From the IMG/VR virus record IMGVR_UViG_3300042894_003937: 64,000 nt of DNA. One strand, 5' to 3'. Both the position numbers and the translations under genes were made by a program. This stretch comes from a virus (lineage: Duplodnaviria > Heunggongvirae > Uroviricota > Caudoviricetes). The notes below the pieces were generated by a model. That model saw only the letters and a list, made by a program, of their open reading frames with translations. It searched no databases and was not told the DNA's origin. Below are positions 62,276 to 64,000 of the stretch, piece by piece (position 1 is the stretch's first letter; the number at the start of each line of letters is the position of its first letter).

Positions 62276-62569
62276 TTAGAACATTTCTAATTGAGCATTG
62301 ATTTCTTGAGTCTCATTTGTGATTTTATCTCTACGGATATCTTGATCATTAAGTTCATCTGCCAATGAATCATACATATCTGGATTTGTTGATGGCATTT
62401 CCCATGCATTAGACTCAACATAGTCAATTGCTTCTTCTGCACTCATACCTTCCAATTCTGGATAATCTTCAATGTTTAATTCAATAGGTTCTCTAGTGAT
62501 AGATGTTTCGTAATACTCAGTTGCGAATACTGCGATTGTTTTCTGGGTTGTTTCTGTTTGTTCTGACAT
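62276..62569 (-). CDS. acidic small protein, Fam-C
   Basis: ..ATEYYETSITREPIELNIEDYPELEGMSAEEAIDYV.. Confidence 0.5.
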   Translation of the reverse strand: MSEQTETTQKTIAVFATEYYETSITREPIELNIEDYPELEGMSAEEAIDYVESNAWEMPSTNPDMYDSLADELNDQDIRRDKITNETQEINAQLEMF

Positions 62570-62583
62570 AATTTATATTTGTT

Positions 62584-62751
62584 TTAATTGTTACGTTGTT
62601 TAGATTTCGTGTATAGGTTTTCAGATTTCTTTTGAAGAGAACCGTCACGAACCGCCATTTCGGCAATGAGTTTAGAAAATTTATTTGTTGTTAGTAGAAG
62701 ACCTGAGCCAGACACTATGAAACCTAACTTTCTGAAAATGTAATTTATCAT
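62584..62751 (-). CDS. possible small protein (55 aa)
   Basis: Hand translation, MINYIFRKLGFIVSGSGLLL..; uncertain. Confidence 0.3.
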   Translation of the reverse strand: MINYIFRKLGFIVSGSGLLLTTNKFSKLIAEMAVRDGSLQKKSENLYTKSKQRNN

Positions 62752-62771
62752 TATATTATATTGTTGAAAAT

Positions 62772-62978
62772 TTATTTGTTTAGTAAATCATTTAATAATT
62801 TATCTCTTTTTTCTTCAATTGGTTCAAAACGATCTTTAGTGAACCAAAAGTTTCTACCTAAATCATCAATTATTCGGTAGCCAATCGTATCTATATCAGT
62901 TAGTTGATAGTAAGCATCTATTCTTAATCCTTTTAATCTACCTACACCATCATGATCTTTAATACATTTAACTTTCAT
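62772..62978 (-). CDS. Fam-B small protein (MKVKCIKDH.., ..EEKRDKLLNDLLNK)
   Basis: 68 aa. Confidence 0.5.
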   Translation of the reverse strand: MKVKCIKDHDGVGRLKGLRIDAYYQLTDIDTIGYRIIDDLGRNFWFTKDRFEPIEEKRDKLLNDLLNK

Positions 62979-62983
62979 TGGAC

Positions 62984-63916
62984 TTATCTTTTTATTTTAT
63001 AAGTTGTTATTGTATCGTTACTTATTGATTTTACAATATAGATACCTTGTTGTAGATCATCTATATTATCTCCGACAAAAACACCCGACATATCAAATAT
63101 CTTTACAGAATTTACTTTAGCAGCAACAGTGTTTACTACAACAGTTTGAAATAAATCATTATATCCTTTAGTTGGTACCCAAGTATTTATGTTGGCAAAT
63201 TGTATAGCATAATTTACATTTGTACTATTTGGATCTGGTATATGAAGGTAAAGCTTGTAAGTACCGATTGGTAGATTATAGTTTAGTGGTACACTAATTG
63301 TTTTAGTAGTGCCTTCTAACCATTGATTGGGACTACTGACTTCAAATTTATATTCTGTTCCTAATGTATTTTGAAAAATCAAAAAAACTTTTCTTGTTTT
63401 GAAAACATTGGCCCAACCAGTATTCTTAATATTTACTGTTAAAACATTATTAGTTATATTAGAATTGACCAATTCATATCTATATCCTAATTTCTTTTGT
63501 ATTTCAGTAAAACATCCATTAGTTTGCCAGTTTGATATAACTGTTGGGAAATAATCTTTATTGATAAGACTCCAATTATATCTATTTAGTTCTATCATAG
63601 CGTTAGCACAATCTGTTCTTGGAGCGTTAACCATATTTGATTCCCCACTTACCGGATTGTTTACTGTATTGGTTTGCCAATATGTTACATCAGCAGCAGA
63701 TGGTGTACCATATTTTGAACTAACATTGAATGTACCACTATCACCCCATGTTCCTAAGAAGCTGTCATTGTAAAATCCAATTCTGCCTACAAAAGTATTT
63801 CCATACATTTTTTGTTTAGCAAAAACATATCTAACTTGTAACGGAATAGAAGAATCAAATGAACTAATCATTGAATCCATTACTTTTTTTCTATTATTCC
63901 ATTGTGTAGTTGTCAA
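62984..63916 (-). CDS. beta-rich protein with C-terminal T9SS-sorting-domain-like module
   Basis: C-terminus ..KVNSVKIFDMSGVFVGDNIDDLQQGIYIVKSISNDTITTYKIKR matches the Por/T9SS C-terminal-domain pattern (IYD.SGR.V..GVYLVK..K.IK); no N-terminal signal peptide. Confidence 0.55.
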   Translation of the reverse strand: MTTTQWNNRKKVMDSMISSFDSSIPLQVRYVFAKQKMYGNTFVGRIGFYNDSFLGTWGDSGTFNVSSKYGTPSAADVTYWQTNTVNNPVSGESNMVNAPRTDCANAMIELNRYNWSLINKDYFPTVISNWQTNGCFTEIQKKLGYRYELVNSNITNNVLTVNIKNTGWANVFKTRKVFLIFQNTLGTEYKFEVSSPNQWLEGTTKTISVPLNYNLPIGTYKLYLHIPDPNSTNVNYAIQFANINTWVPTKGYNDLFQTVVVNTVAAKVNSVKIFDMSGVFVGDNIDDLQQGIYIVKSISNDTITTYKIKR

Positions 63917-64000
63917 TACTGTAAAATTACCATCCCCAAATTCTGATGATCCAGTGTAGTACCATTCACCATACCTACCTATAAACCCAGCTTGTATACT

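Noticed and set aside
1-64000. Interpretation as bacterial chromosome or integrated prophage
   Set aside because: No integrase, transposase, rRNA or core ribosomal genes. Housekeeping-like enzymes (thyA, folD, purN, rpiB, mgsA, ung) are scattered singly among about 130 tiny hypothetical genes with ATGA overlaps, huge paralog arrays, collagen-like fibres and an HNH endonuclease. This pattern is typical of a large lytic virus carrying auxiliary metabolic genes. Prophage ends cannot be excluded but none are visible.

Overview
This AT-rich, gene-dense 64 kb window shows the architecture of a large virulent phage or other large virus of an AT-rich host, most plausibly a Bacteroidota/Flavobacteriia-type host. 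The host call rests on the absence of Shine-Dalgarno sequences, A/T-rich leaders, Bacteroidota-style lipoboxes and a T9SS-like C-terminal domain.

Gene organisation is compact: ATGA/TAATG start-stop overlaps, long co-directional blocks, and convergent blocks closed by AT-rich hairpin terminators. Recognisable enzymes are scattered among about 130 small hypothetical genes. Readable directly from the translations are family-1 uracil-DNA glycosylase, PurN, FolD, ThyA, RpiB, methylglyoxal synthase, two to three class-I SAM methyltransferases plus an FkbM-type methyltransferase, an HNH endonuclease, an SPFH/band-7 protein, an HD phosphohydrolase, two alpha/beta hydrolases, HAD-like hydrolases, a pol-beta-type nucleotidyltransferase and a ribbon-helix-helix regulator.

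The dominant signal is paralog expansion. At least 23 genes (about 29 domain copies, including in-frame fused doublets) belong to one uncharacterised family ('Fam-A'). Its hallmarks are an MK[YH]LK[RK]FNE N-terminus, a DFCExxLAYLLDDGF motif and a WxDVKDxxIPFLxxL motif. Thirteen of these genes sit in one tandem array (8410-17034). The same N-terminal leader also appears on unrelated proteins. A second set of about 28 small ORFs, including a 13-gene tandem array (46332-49586), shares a C-terminal tail motif [W/F/L]-R-[ED]-x-[KQ]-[LI]-[ND]-x-[LI]-[LI]. Below the ORF-track cut-off I found a family of eight tiny (33-50 aa) Arg/Lys-rich peptides (RKxKIKRIF core). They are clustered in ORF-poor islands flanked by conserved palindromes and identical terminator hairpins.

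Other features are paired collagen-like tail-fibre genes and paired LRR genes that share identical 5' ends, a pseudogenised Fam-A 5' fragment, two tRNA-like genes with canonical acceptor and T arms but unresolved anticodon arms, and a GC-rich palindromic island. No integrase, transposase or CRISPR array was seen. All calls rest on reading the translations and sequence; no database search was possible.
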